NCBI GenBank assembly: GCA_027923505.1
Contig: BROI01000004.1
Span: forward strand, 806,001 to 870,000
DNA from: Mayamaea pseudoterrestris
Lineage: Eukaryota
Length of the DNA stretch: 64,000 nucleotides
Direction: 5' to 3'
Shown: positions 1 through 10,795 of the stretch, piece after piece
Layout of the letters: each line of letters starts with the position of its first letter
Numbering within the stretch: position 1 is the first letter of the stretch
The notes under the pieces: model-generated
The model's input: only the letters and a program-made list of their open reading frames with translations
Database searches by the model: none
What the model was told of the DNA's origin: nothing
Made by a program: the position numbers and the translations under genes

Positions 1-2082
1 GGCGCGACGGAAATTGGAACCTTCGTTGGCAGTGAGCTTGGCCAGTCGGGCGGCCTGATCCTTCTTCTGCAGGCGGCGCCTTTGTGCGGGGTTTTTCGTG
101 CGACTGATATACGTCCAGGGCTCTTCTGATGTAGTTTCCAAGTTAAAACGTACGCGAGCAACGGTGGGCGCCATGGTGGAGTCGACATCGTCAACAGGAT
201 CGGCCGCGGCCGCGGCCACCCTGGGAGGTGTCGCATCGGTGGTTGAAGTAGGTGCGTTGGCGTTCTCATCCGGCACCCTGGGAGCTGTCGCAGCGGGGGT
301 GGATGCAGATGCGTTCTCATCTGCCACCCTGGGAGCTGGCGCAGTGGGTGCTTCTGGAGCTGGAGCGGGCTGAGGAGGCAATGGCGACGGGGCCGCAGCT
401 GCTGGCATACCTTGGGGGTCAGCTTGGGGCGAAGGCGGAGAGGAGTCAGCAGTTTCCAGTGTCGGAGGGCCAACCTGAGTGGCTAGTGCCGCGGCGACAC
501 GCCTGAGCTCCTCCATGTGGCCAGCGTCGCTCGCAGGGACTGGGCTACTTGTGGCGGTCCAGTTGCGTAGAGCACTTGTCATGTCTTTTACAGCTGCAAT
601 GAGAAGGTCCTGGTTGGAGGCGACTGGCATAGTTGTCTGAGTAGGGAACCAGGCAAGAGTGTCAGCAATGCGTTCGGCGTTGGTGTCAGTCGCATACACT
701 CGATAGCAGCGGTAATGCTCTAGCGCGGGTGCAAGATAATAACCATCAACTCCATGAGGTGTATGCGCAGCGCGAATGCTTGGTTTTTCATGTATGATAA
801 CGCGGGTGCCAGCGGGCGCAAGCGGCGTCTTGTTAAAATCAAAGGCGCCATGTAATTGTGCATGAGCCGAGAGCTTGGGATTGATTCTCGATCCTCGTAA
901 CAGATTAAGAGACAAAACGCATTGTGGCAGAAGCTTGTCCCAAAGATACAAGGGAAACTTGGGATCCGTGCCGCAAAGTGTCGCCGTAAAGTGGTTGATG
1001 AACGTGCGAATGGCGCGCTCGGCAGCATTGCGGCGATGAATGTGAGGCGGCGCTAGCTGGTAATCAACTGCTTCAGAGACCATGTATTCTTTCAATGCTT
1101 TGGAGGCTTCGTTGTCGAGGCGCTGGAGCTGTGGTTTGAGGCCTCGAGCGCAGAGATCTTGGTGTACGCGGCCAGGATGCTGGCTCCGCTCTTGTTCTTC
1201 ATTGGTTCGACGAGGATGGCATTGCTATCTTCGTCATAAACAACAAGCATGACTGTATTGCCAGAGCTGGATGGTAACATGAAGCGGCCGGTTAAATCAG
1301 AATGGATCTTGCCTGTCGCTTCGGTATAATTGGCGTAAACACGCATGGAACGGATCGTTGGTGGATCGTTCGGCGGCGGGTTCATATCAGTGTCAAGTTC
1401 AACTGGATCAACTGTAACCGAGGTTGCTTGCTTGGTGCTGCGATGGTTCTTGCGCGTCTGGTCAAGGTGACCCTTTGCTGTTGCCGTGGTGCGGGGCGGA
1501 AAAGCTTTGACTTGAGCCGATGTGATGGCAGGAAAAGTAGTTAGCCGGCCGGCGTCCAAGGCCTTGCAAAGCGTAGAGACTGTAGGATATCCCAGACAAG
1601 CGCTAACGTATGCAACTCGGTCGGCCACTGTGTTGAGTGGTTGGTACATGTTGAGAGCGTAATTGACGCTGGCGGCAGGGCTGCCAGTGGGACGCTGCAT
1701 GTTGACAGTCCAAAGCTTGGTGTCGGAGCTGCGAGTGCCTGCGAGAACAATCTTATCTCCCTTGGTAATGGTGACTGCAGTGTCTGTAAAGATAGCGGAG
1801 CATCCATCATCGCAAAGTTGACCGATTGAAATGAGTGACTGATTCATCTCGGGGAAGACGTGCGCGGTGCATGCATCATATGAGCATCCAGGCAAGGTTA
1901 ACTGAACGGTATGAGTGGAATGCATTGTTGTTCCGCGATTTTGGGGTCGGGGGGCACGAATGTTCTGCCGTACATCTGCCCGTGTCGGCTATGGCTATAG
2001 ATGTAGTAGGCGGGGAGGAGACATCAAGTTCATTTAACTCAAGCTTATTAAATGAACTATTGGTAGATGCCACCCCTCGTCC
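1..2082 (-). pseudogene. pol: Pol (protease, GAG-pre-integrase, integrase, Pro/Ala-rich linker) with apparent frameshifts near 1960, 1155 and ~410
   Basis: ADTG motif is in frame with gag. The protease continues in ORF 1092-1925. The integrase continues in another frame (ARGLKPQLQRLDNEASKALKEY...HYRCYRVY). The breaks may be decay or consensus errors. Confidence 0.85.
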
Positions 2083-3177
2083 CTATTCATCTGTGGTGTT
2101 GCGACCGCGGTTGCGACGAGGAGCGTATGTGGCCTCGTTGCCGCCCATCTTGTTGTTCTTCGTGGCATTTTCTTGATGTCCGGGCGCGCGTCTGTTGCAG
2201 TCCTTGCTAGTATGGCCACAATGTCCATGAGTGTGACAGTATTTCTTGATGCGCGGCGCGTTGCTTGATCCCGTAGCAGCAGCTGCTGGTTGGTGAGGCG
2301 GATGCGCGCGATTGTGCTCTTGAACGGCGGCGGCAATGGTCGCAGCGTGATTGGCTTGTGCTTGGAATCCTGCGTCAGTGGCCGTCTTTTCGATACGACG
2401 AGCTTTGTCAACTCTCTTTAACCACGCAACAAAGTTCTCCCAGGTCTCTGCAGGCTGATTTGGAATTTGTTGTTCAATGGAACGAGTGTGCAAGTCTTGG
2501 CAAAACTGGCTGGTCGCTGTCATGGCAGCCACAGCAAAACGTATCAAGGCGGCGTCGGTCATGGGATCGTTTGTGGCAGCGGCCAAGCGTCGAATGCGTT
2601 CCATCTTGCCCGTGTATGTTTCGATGGATTCGTCCAAGTTGAAAGGTTCGCTGGCTTGAGCGTAGTTTGCTTCAATGAGTTGCGGCGTCGCGGTGCCGTA
2701 CTCGTCCTTGATGTGCTGGCGCACTTGCAAGATGGAAACGTTTTCCATTCCAGTGATTGGATCCTCCAACGCTTGGAGATAAACTGATGGAATTGCTTTG
2801 GTGACCTGGGCCATCAATGCAGTCGCAGTCAAGATGTTCTTGTTGAAGATGTTGGTTCGTACCAAGTGGACGCGCGCGGCCTCGGAGACTTGCGCTGCGG
2901 TTGGATTGCCACCATTGGCACCGACTTGAGGCTCAGGATCGGGTCCTGGAAAAGCTTGAGGAACGTACGCCACACCGCCTGAGCGAACAGCATACTCGAC
3001 AGGAGGGAGCACGAGATGAGCGTGTCCAGCGAGGCCGTTGCCGTAGGAGCTTTGGATGGCGCGCGCGTTTCGAATCAACTCTTGGTCGAACAGGAGGGCT
3101 TCCGTGAAGGTGATGGTGCCAGTGGCGCCCAGAACGGTCAGGTCTTCCTTGGGGAAGAGTAGCTTGGAGTCAGCCAT
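2083..3177 (-). CDS. gag: Retrotransposon Gag (364 aa)
   Basis: Intact ORF with a C-terminal C-x2-H-x4-H-x4-C zinc knuckle typical of CoDi Gag. Confidence 0.9.
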   Translation of the reverse strand: MADSKLLFPKEDLTVLGATGTITFTEALLFDQELIRNARAIQSSYGNGLAGHAHLVLPPVEYAVRSGGVAYVPQAFPGPDPEPQVGANGGNPTAAQVSEAARVHLVRTNIFNKNILTATALMAQVTKAIPSVYLQALEDPITGMENVSILQVRQHIKDEYGTATPQLIEANYAQASEPFNLDESIETYTGKMERIRRLAAATNDPMTDAALIRFAVAAMTATSQFCQDLHTRSIEQQIPNQPAETWENFVAWLKRVDKARRIEKTATDAGFQAQANHAATIAAAVQEHNRAHPPHQPAAAATGSSNAPRIKKYCHTHGHCGHTSKDCNRRAPGHQENATKNNKMGGNEATYAPRRNRGRNTTDE

Positions 3178-3294
3178 GGTGGGAAAAGCGACGGATCACT
3201 TGGAGGGAAGAGCAGCGGGTGCTCGGGCGACGGATCGCTTGTCGTTCCTGGCGGAGGCAGGCAAGAACGAGTGAGGTAACTTGAGAGTTCTCAA

Positions 3295-3764
3295 TGTTAA
3301 ACGACAGATACACAGATGTACTTGCCAATTGTCAGTAAAATTCACGTCTGTTGATGCCTCTAAGGGAGAGACTACTAGTGAAAGTTGATCAAGACGATTG
3401 ACGTGAATTATTATGAGCGGCAATTGTCGCACTGCCTGCCGAGTTCTATCGCTACTTGTGACCGGTGGGAATCTCGGATGGCTCGCTGGACAAACCGCCT
3501 GTCGCTGGGGCATAACTAAAACACGTGTGCTTGGCAACGGTGGAGGCTTCACTTAGGTGGAGGCCGAGCCAGTGCAGCTTCCTTGGATACCGGATGCGGA
3601 ACCCGGAAGTGGAGTATCAACAGCGGCACGACAGCCAATCCAATCCCGTGACCACCCTCTCAGGGGTTAGCGTAAGAGCGGGGGTTCCCCCCGCAATCAT
3701 GGCTCTCTACTCCATCATGGAGGTTGATCCGGCAGCCCAACTGTACCAAAAACAACTCATAACA
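3295..3764 (-). repeat. Putative 5' LTR (~470 bp)
   Basis: Bounded by TGTTA (3295) and TAACA (3760-3764) inverted termini, upstream of gag; AT-rich flank starts right after 3764. The partner LTR is not in the window. An alternative inner boundary is TGTTG at 3349. Confidence 0.55.
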
Positions 3765-4980
3765 ATATAGAATATATATTTGGATATTATTGCACGTTTG
3801 GGTGCTCTATAAAGCCTTGGAAGGCAAAAGATTCACCTTCACACCAAACACCGCGATGCACCGCGCACTGTCGAGCGCGTCGACGACTCATGTTTCTACA
3901 GCATAGCACCTTCCGGTGCACCTTCAACTTCCGCCTACAATGGCTACATGATTGACCAAAATGTGTGCGAGGAGAGCGCACGTGCATGCCTTTTGCGTTG
4001 TTCCAGAGAGGCATAGGCATACACTGCACCGTTGCACCGTCTACACGCTCATTCCGTCATATATCCTCGGTACGAGCAGGACAGAACAAGTCAGGGTTCC
4101 TACAAATCAAGTTTGCTTCTTTTCGCTGACAAGAAACAAGAATAGTGTAGTCACGTTCAGTGCGAGCCGCTTCAATACGGATGCACATGCATCCCTTTTT
4201 CCGTCATCCATCATGCATTTCGTCGCGTCGAAATCAAGTCTCTGCATTGAAAGCAAAAATTTGTGAAATGCGTGGCATTCCCAGCTACATGTTTAGCACT
4301 TGGGGGAATTGCTGGGATACGTGTACGCAGATGAATAGAGTCTGAAGTTTTGGTGGCAATCGGTCGTCTTGCCGACGTTGAGCTTATGGTCTCTTCGATT
4401 GAGTCTAGTAATGCAACAAGCTACTTCTGTAGATATTAGTTAATGTTTTGTATTTTAAATCTGTTGATATTAACCAATGTCATGATGGCAAGTGTCGACA
4501 ACCGACGAGAAGAGCGCAACAAAACGCGTCAACTTGTATGGCGTCCGCCACGGGAACAAGAAAGAATGAAGCCGTCGCTCTTTCACTATGCAATCCCGAG
4601 CACTATAGAGAAGCCACCTGGTAAAACAGAGTAATAATAGCTCTATCAAGAAGCAAGATATGCGCTGGTTTGTGCGGGACCATTCCGTGTCATTTTGATC
4701 GTGGGTTTTCAGTCCCAGAAATTAATAGGCTTAATTATGGATGACGTGTAATGACGTTTTGCTTAGAACCAATCAAACAACGAAACGACCGCTAACTCCA
4801 CGGCGCGCCTTGTTTCAAACGATGAAACGATGAAACGCGCGAAACGACGAAACAACGCCCGCTAACATCACGTCGAAGGCGATTTCACCTTCCCCCTTCA
4901 ACAAGACTTGCCAGCTGTCGCTTCGAAGTCTCCGAGATTGTATTACTGTACCTACTCCATATTGCTATTCGTTTGTCGCC

Positions 4981-7596
4981 ATGGAGACCTTCAACGACTC
5001 GTCGCCGACATCAGCTAGTAGTAGTAGTAGCAGCAGCGACAATGACAGTCCACCTGCTGCGATTTTCAACATGCCGCTACCTAAAAACGATTCTGCATTA
5101 CTTGCACATGAAGAGGATCAACAACCGATTCCGCTTTTGCAGGAACCAACAGATGAACCTATTCCGAATAAGGAAAGAGATTCAAAGCAAAAAAACGAAG
5201 TATTGTCTCGAGATCGCTGCATGATACGTCGGACGTTCAGCAACATTTCCACCGACTCCAAGCCGGACCCGCCGCCATGTCATGCATCGTCAGTCACACG
5301 AGATCACAATGCGCCACGCGGCAAGGATGTCACGAGCAAGCATCGCCATTCCAGTTCCATTCACATGGATGAGCTTCAGTCGCAGCAATACTTTGTCAAT
5401 GTGCCGTCGTCGGATGAAATGAAACTACTTGCGTCCAAGGAGGAGGAGGAAGAAGAAATGTCGGAGGATTTGAATGACGACTCGCATCGACCCTTTGCCG
5501 TATTGCTGGAGGCGGTGCAAAAGGTGACTAGGAGAAGAAGTGAAGGAGAGGATGATGAAGAAGAGGACTCTGACGACGATGATCAAGGAAATGACAATGC
5601 AAAGCTGGCTCATCCGGACGACATTAGCTCGATTCGATCCGTCGCGGCAAGCGCGGCCGATTCGTCGCCTCTCTACAAACGAACGAGCGATGACCATCAA
5701 GCAGCCCAGCCTCCTCGGTATCTGCCTCCACTTCCAACTCATGACACTGGCAGTAACGGCTTTCGTCGAACGTCGAGCAATGGAAGCAGTCTGCATTATC
5801 CAGGACCAGACTCGGACGTTGCTCTGCTGCCACGTGTTGATGAGCATTTCATGTCTCAGCCACACCCCTTGCTGCATCAGCCATCAAGCTTTGGCCATTC
5901 GCAAACATATGCCAATCACAAGTCGCAAAGCTTTCATTCGGAAAGCGAGCAACAAGCAATGCTCCCACCGCCGCCTCCACCAAAACCAAGCAACGGCCGC
6001 CGCAAGATTCGACTGCGCCTGCAGGAGGAGCTTCCGCACGCACCAGTTTCCACTCCGTTCATGAGCACGCGCAAGCATGGAAGCAGCATTTTGGGTCATT
6101 TGCGGCAGCGAAGTACCCGCATCATGTTTGGTGGATCGGACAGTGATGGTTACTCGTCACCAAATTTTCAGGAGCCGTTCGAACCACAAGTCAAAACGAT
6201 ATCACGTGGAACTGTTACGGTGAGCTGGTTTGACGGAACGTCAAGCTTGGAACTGCAGGAGCATGTTCGCAAGACGGTGTTGCGCAAGCTGGGCCTTGAT
6301 CGAAACGCCGAAGTGGTTGATTTTCGCATATTTGATGAAAGCGTGAGCCCGCCGGAAGGTGAGAATTAGTGCAAGCTGAATGTTTGAAACAACAAGAAGG
6401 AACGTGTCTAAGCTAACTAATTTTTATTTGTCGCTACTACAGAGGTCCTCCTGTGTCCATTTATACCCGACGGTTCCGATCTTGCCTTTCGCTACACGAC
6501 GCGCGAACAAAACGATGGAGCATCAACGCCGCTGTCCATTTACTCTGGACGAGCGCCAGATTCGCCGTCTGCAGCTCCGTCTCCTGGACGTAACAAGATT
6601 TTGGCTGGATTGACGGTGAACCAGCTTGCCGTATTGCGTCATCAACTTAACAACTTGGCGCTGGAGACGCCAAAGCAAGGTGCAAGGAAGAAGTTTGACA
6701 AGTCGGAAAAGAAGAATCGTCCGGAAGATGGAAATCAAGAGGTTAAACGCCGCAATGACGATGAGAAACTAGAAGGCGGCGAGAAGAGCGAAGTTAGTAA
6801 TTTGAAGGTTAAAGAAAAAGACGATCAGTCTCTTCGCTCTAACAGGTCCAAGTTGCAGAACGTCCCATCGGTGGTAAATAATGATGGCGAATCTGAATCC
6901 GACGAGGATGATGACGATGCAATGATGCTTCATTCCGAAGATCCCATTGAAGCGGGGCTGCGGCAAATAATGGAAATGCTCATGGAGGATCGTGAGCGAA
7001 AAGACAGTAGTGCGACTACCAGTAGGCGGTCACGTCGAAAGACTGATAAGCGACAGGTCATTTTTGTACTGGCGAACTACTTTGTCCTGTTTCTCTCGGC
7101 CATTGCAATTTTTGCTGAAATCCAAGCACATTTGCCCGGCTGGCAAGCCGCCATTGAAGCGCATTTGACGAATGTTCAGGATTGTGCCGCCGACAAGGAC
7201 GCATTGTTTAAATGCGTTGAGAGTGGCGACTTCGCCGGATTATCTGCTTCTGTCATTCTTTACTTGAGCAGATCTGTAGCTACGAGGAGATTCTTTCTTC
7301 TTGGATTTGACTCGCCCAAGAAGTTATGGACGGTCGTTTATGAAGCACTGGTGACCAGTGTTTGCTGGGGGTTTTCGTACCTCTTTATTCGACGAGGACT
7401 GAACCCTGATACGCGTGACCGATTCTTGCACAAGTATTGGAAAGACTGTGTGTACGGATCACTTGCCGGTTTTAACGCAGCCTTTTTGAAGGCTGTGCTA
7501 AAGAATTTGATTCCTCAAGAAGTTGTCGAGGATGCGTTGCGGGATAGACAGCTCAAGATATTCTCTTGGTTGCCGAGCTTTTCGCTCCACAAGTAA
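4981..7596 (+). CDS. Hypothetical membrane protein: long disordered N-terminus, C-terminal multi-TM domain; intron 6359-6442
   Basis: An 84-bp GT-AG intron joins ORFs 4981-6369 and 6601-7596 in frame (PPE|EVLLCPFIPDG). Hydrophobic segments include VIFVLANYFVLFLSAIAIFAEI. Confidence 0.85.
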
Positions 7597-7706
7597 GTAA
7601 AACCATAGATTAAAAAAGGACTACCTACCTTAGATTAGAAATTATGTCAAAGTAAATAAAAATCGTCAGTTAATGTTAATAAGCGTGATGCGAAACCACC
7701 CTTTAG

Positions 7707-10235
7707 TTAAGAATCATTATTGCTTCGTCGGAAGAAGCGATTAAAAAACCGTCCTTGACTCCTCTCTCCAGCATCCGAGCGAGATGCGCTATTCAACGAA
7801 CGACTTGAGTTACTTCTGGTGCGTCGAGACGACGACCGGGGTGGAAGTGGGCTGGGATGCTCAGACTCCTCTTGCTCCATGACGGACTCTTCCTGTTCCA
7901 TTGAAGTCGATGGACTGACAAGGTTCACAGGCTCAGGAGTTTCCGAATATAGGTCAGAGAAAATGCCCATGTCATCCTCATCGTCGTTTTGGAATATGGG
8001 AGACATGCGACGACGAACACTTGCGGAACGATTTCCACGCCCGCTATTGCGACCCCTTGATAAAAAGTTCCCACCAGCAGCTTCCGGCGTTACGGTCACT
8101 TCAGTACCAGAACTTGTAGCAGTGGCGTCTCCACTATTCATAAGACCAGCTAAGCCTAAGACTCCAGTTGGCATACCTGGAGCCGTAACCACCGCATGAA
8201 TATGAATATCAATTCCACCCGTCCGATCGCTTAGTATCCTTCCCAAGCCTTGCAGACCGCCGTTACCGTCGCCCTCAGAACCGCCCAAGCTTGCCGATGC
8301 AAGGTAGGCACCAAATAGACTTGCTGCATCGTCATTGTTTGACTGCGAACGACTGCGAGGACCACTTCGTACTTCTCCACGCGACGTGTTAACGACGCCG
8401 GAAGAGAAATCAGTATGATCAGGGTCGATGGAAACTTCGTCACTCGCAGCCCCTGTTGTCTCTACACTCTCAACGTGAGCCGCAGACGTGTTATCACTCG
8501 CAGCTGCCGTCACATTCTCCGTCGAGGTCGAATCTCGACTCAATAATGACAGTAAACCTCCCAATGAAGTCGGGTGTCCTTCAACCTCCTCGGCCGGCTC
8601 CAAATCTGGTGGTTCGTCATCCTGACTCTCTCGGTTGGCTCGAGCTAGCGACATGACATGGGGAGCAGTATCGATCAAGGTGCGCCCGAGCCGATCCAAT
8701 AGAGGCGCAAGCACCTCCAAGTCGCGGGTGCTGACTCCACTGTCAGCACGACCACCAGTCCTAGTTCGGACGTTGCTTTCGTCTTGTTTTTCCTCCTCAG
8801 CATTATCGTGCTCGTTCATGTGGTGTCTTTCGAGCCATGGCAGATTCGAAGTGTCATTCCCGTCCACATCATTCCGCAACGCTTGATTATTGCGACCGTT
8901 AATGCGATTTAACAACGAATTGACCTGATGCATTACTCGCCCCAGCTCCGGCAACAACGCTTCTCGATCCTCCATTTCAACATCAGAGCGAAAATGTGTC
9001 GAAGGCGACTCGGCGTAGGCCGATTGGGGTGTCGGACAAGCATGTTGCGAAGAGTTTGGGTGCCGCGTCCGAGTACGAAACAGCCGAATCCGGTCCGAGT
9101 CACTGCGAATCCACTCATCCCAGCGGTGGGGCCATCCATTGTAATGCACCAACAAGAGTTGAACGCCATGATTATCTCGCCGCCTCCAACCCGCATGTTG
9201 ACCTCCTTCGTCGCGAACATCGCCTTGCTCGCACGGTTCCAGAAGTAACTGCGTGCGTCGCTCCAAGTCGGAGGCAGCCACAAAGGCATCCTGATTGCGC
9301 GGCACGCTGGTGATAAACTGCGAGCGCGCTGGTGCGTCAGCAGCAGCATCAATGTCGTCTTGGCGAGGAGGCAAAATCGAGTCTGGATCAACCACGTCAA
9401 TGACTGTTGCTTCCAACCACTGATTCACTGTATCCAAACAATCAATCCACTGTCCCAAGTACCAGCGTCGATTGACTTGCAACGGCGATTCTGCTTGGGT
9501 TGATGGAAGCAGTGTATGAAGCGTCATTAGTCCCTGCCGCACCGACTCCATCGAGCCTGGATCAGGCTGCTCCAAGTCTCCTGCCTCCAAACGATATTGA
9601 TAGCGACGTCGGGACGCTCGAAGTCGGGAGGAACGCAAGCGAGCTGCCGCTGGAGATGTGTTGTTGGTAGTAGCGTCGTCATTATTGTTGGTGTTGCTAG
9701 TATTATTGCCTTCTGAGGTACCGCCGCCGCCGCCGCCTCCCAGGTTCAACAGCGCGGCAAGAAAGTCTCCAGTGCTTGGCGCGGCGTCAGTGTCTGCAGA
9801 AGTTTCAATACTAGTCGACTCTGTGGCATCATCCACTTTAGATGCCTGTTCCTTGCGCTCCATCAAGTGAATCGTATGACCGTCGGCCAAGCCAACAATG
9901 TCCTTGATGCGCAAGGCGGCGGCTGGTTTGTCAATGTCTGCAGCGTTTATACTATTCGTCTTGCTCTTTTCCGTCGACTCGCCTTCTCCAAATATACAGT
10001 TAGTTTCATTACTACTTGTAGCACTATCATTCTCTGGACTCGCTGACGCCGCAACTAGCCGTCCGCGATAAATGAGTCGCTGCCGACTTGGCTCCAGGCC
10101 AGTTACACTTTGAATTTCCTTTTGCAAACGATGAATCTCGTCATTTGGAGAAACTTTTAGAGTAAAACTTGGCTGCTCCGACTGATTCACCTGCTTGATG
10201 GAAATGCTCCATTCGTCGTTACAAGTCGTCGTCAT
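7707..10235 (-). CDS. Ubiquitin-like domain protein with a Tudor-knot/chromo-barrel-like domain (BAG6/CIP73-like architecture)
   Basis: N-terminal UBL (QRLIYRGR...GLADGHTIHL); WIDCLDTVNQWLEATV...LVHYNGWPHRWDEWI; C-terminal IDIHIHAVV. Confidence 0.8.
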   Translation of the reverse strand: MTTTCNDEWSISIKQVNQSEQPSFTLKVSPNDEIHRLQKEIQSVTGLEPSRQRLIYRGRLVAASASPENDSATSSNETNCIFGEGESTEKSKTNSINAADIDKPAAALRIKDIVGLADGHTIHLMERKEQASKVDDATESTSIETSADTDAAPSTGDFLAALLNLGGGGGGGTSEGNNTSNTNNNDDATTNNTSPAAARLRSSRLRASRRRYQYRLEAGDLEQPDPGSMESVRQGLMTLHTLLPSTQAESPLQVNRRWYLGQWIDCLDTVNQWLEATVIDVVDPDSILPPRQDDIDAAADAPARSQFITSVPRNQDAFVAASDLERRTQLLLEPCEQGDVRDEGGQHAGWRRRDNHGVQLLLVHYNGWPHRWDEWIRSDSDRIRLFRTRTRHPNSSQHACPTPQSAYAESPSTHFRSDVEMEDREALLPELGRVMHQVNSLLNRINGRNNQALRNDVDGNDTSNLPWLERHHMNEHDNAEEEKQDESNVRTRTGGRADSGVSTRDLEVLAPLLDRLGRTLIDTAPHVMSLARANRESQDDEPPDLEPAEEVEGHPTSLGGLLSLLSRDSTSTENVTAAASDNTSAAHVESVETTGAASDEVSIDPDHTDFSSGVVNTSRGEVRSGPRSRSQSNNDDAASLFGAYLASASLGGSEGDGNGGLQGLGRILSDRTGGIDIHIHAVVTAPGMPTGVLGLAGLMNSGDATATSSGTEVTVTPEAAGGNFLSRGRNSGRGNRSASVRRRMSPIFQNDDEDDMGIFSDLYSETPEPVNLVSPSTSMEQEESVMEQEESEHPSPLPPRSSSRRTRSNSSRSLNSASRSDAGERSQGRFFNRFFRRSNNDS

Positions 10236-10795
10236 GGTAAAAAGCTAACGCGTTAAAAACTATTTTGGTAGAATCCAGTGAAAATTGGTGCACCGGACAA
10301 ACGTCTCCAACGAAAACCTGGATTCAAAAACAAGAGTCACAGCGTGAGCCATAGGAAGGTTCCATTGCCTACAGACGCATTCGAATCGGCGTAACAATGC
10401 AACGGAGAAACGACGCTTCCGTTCGTGCGGCAGAGGTGCACGTGGAACCGCGCCTCAAGCGTCCGTTTCCTGTGACAAGAAGATGGCGCGACTCTTCAAC
10501 GCACGTACCTATTGTATTAGTGAATGTCTTGTCTTTAGTTGCTAATGGTTCTCTCTATATCTAGTCACAATAAGTAAAGGGGCTCCCAAAGTCTTGTCGT
10601 AGAATGGAGTCAAGGCGACGTGTGCATCATCAGCGAAGGCGGACATCCATCGGCGAAGTTCTGGCGCGGTCTTTTGAAGTAACCTCATCCCTAATGCAAG
10701 CGACATTTCAGTCTTGCGCTTCTTCCTACATACCGGTAGCTACTTACTAAGCCAAAGCTACGAGTAAAGTACATCAGTTGGCACTATATCAAGTT

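Larger units (their letters stand above)
1..3764 (-). mobile_element. Ty1/Copia LTR retrotransposon of the diatom CoDi type; 5' portion (LTR-gag-PR-IN); RT/RH lie beyond the left window edge
   Basis: Gag with YCHTHG..HTSKDC knuckle and GHQENATKNNKMGG tail; protease ADTG and 'SLISIGQLCDDGC'; integrase HSDLTGRF...RLDNEAS...RRNAAERAI; PRV repeats (200-340). Protease is followed directly by integrase, the Copia domain order. Confidence 0.93.
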
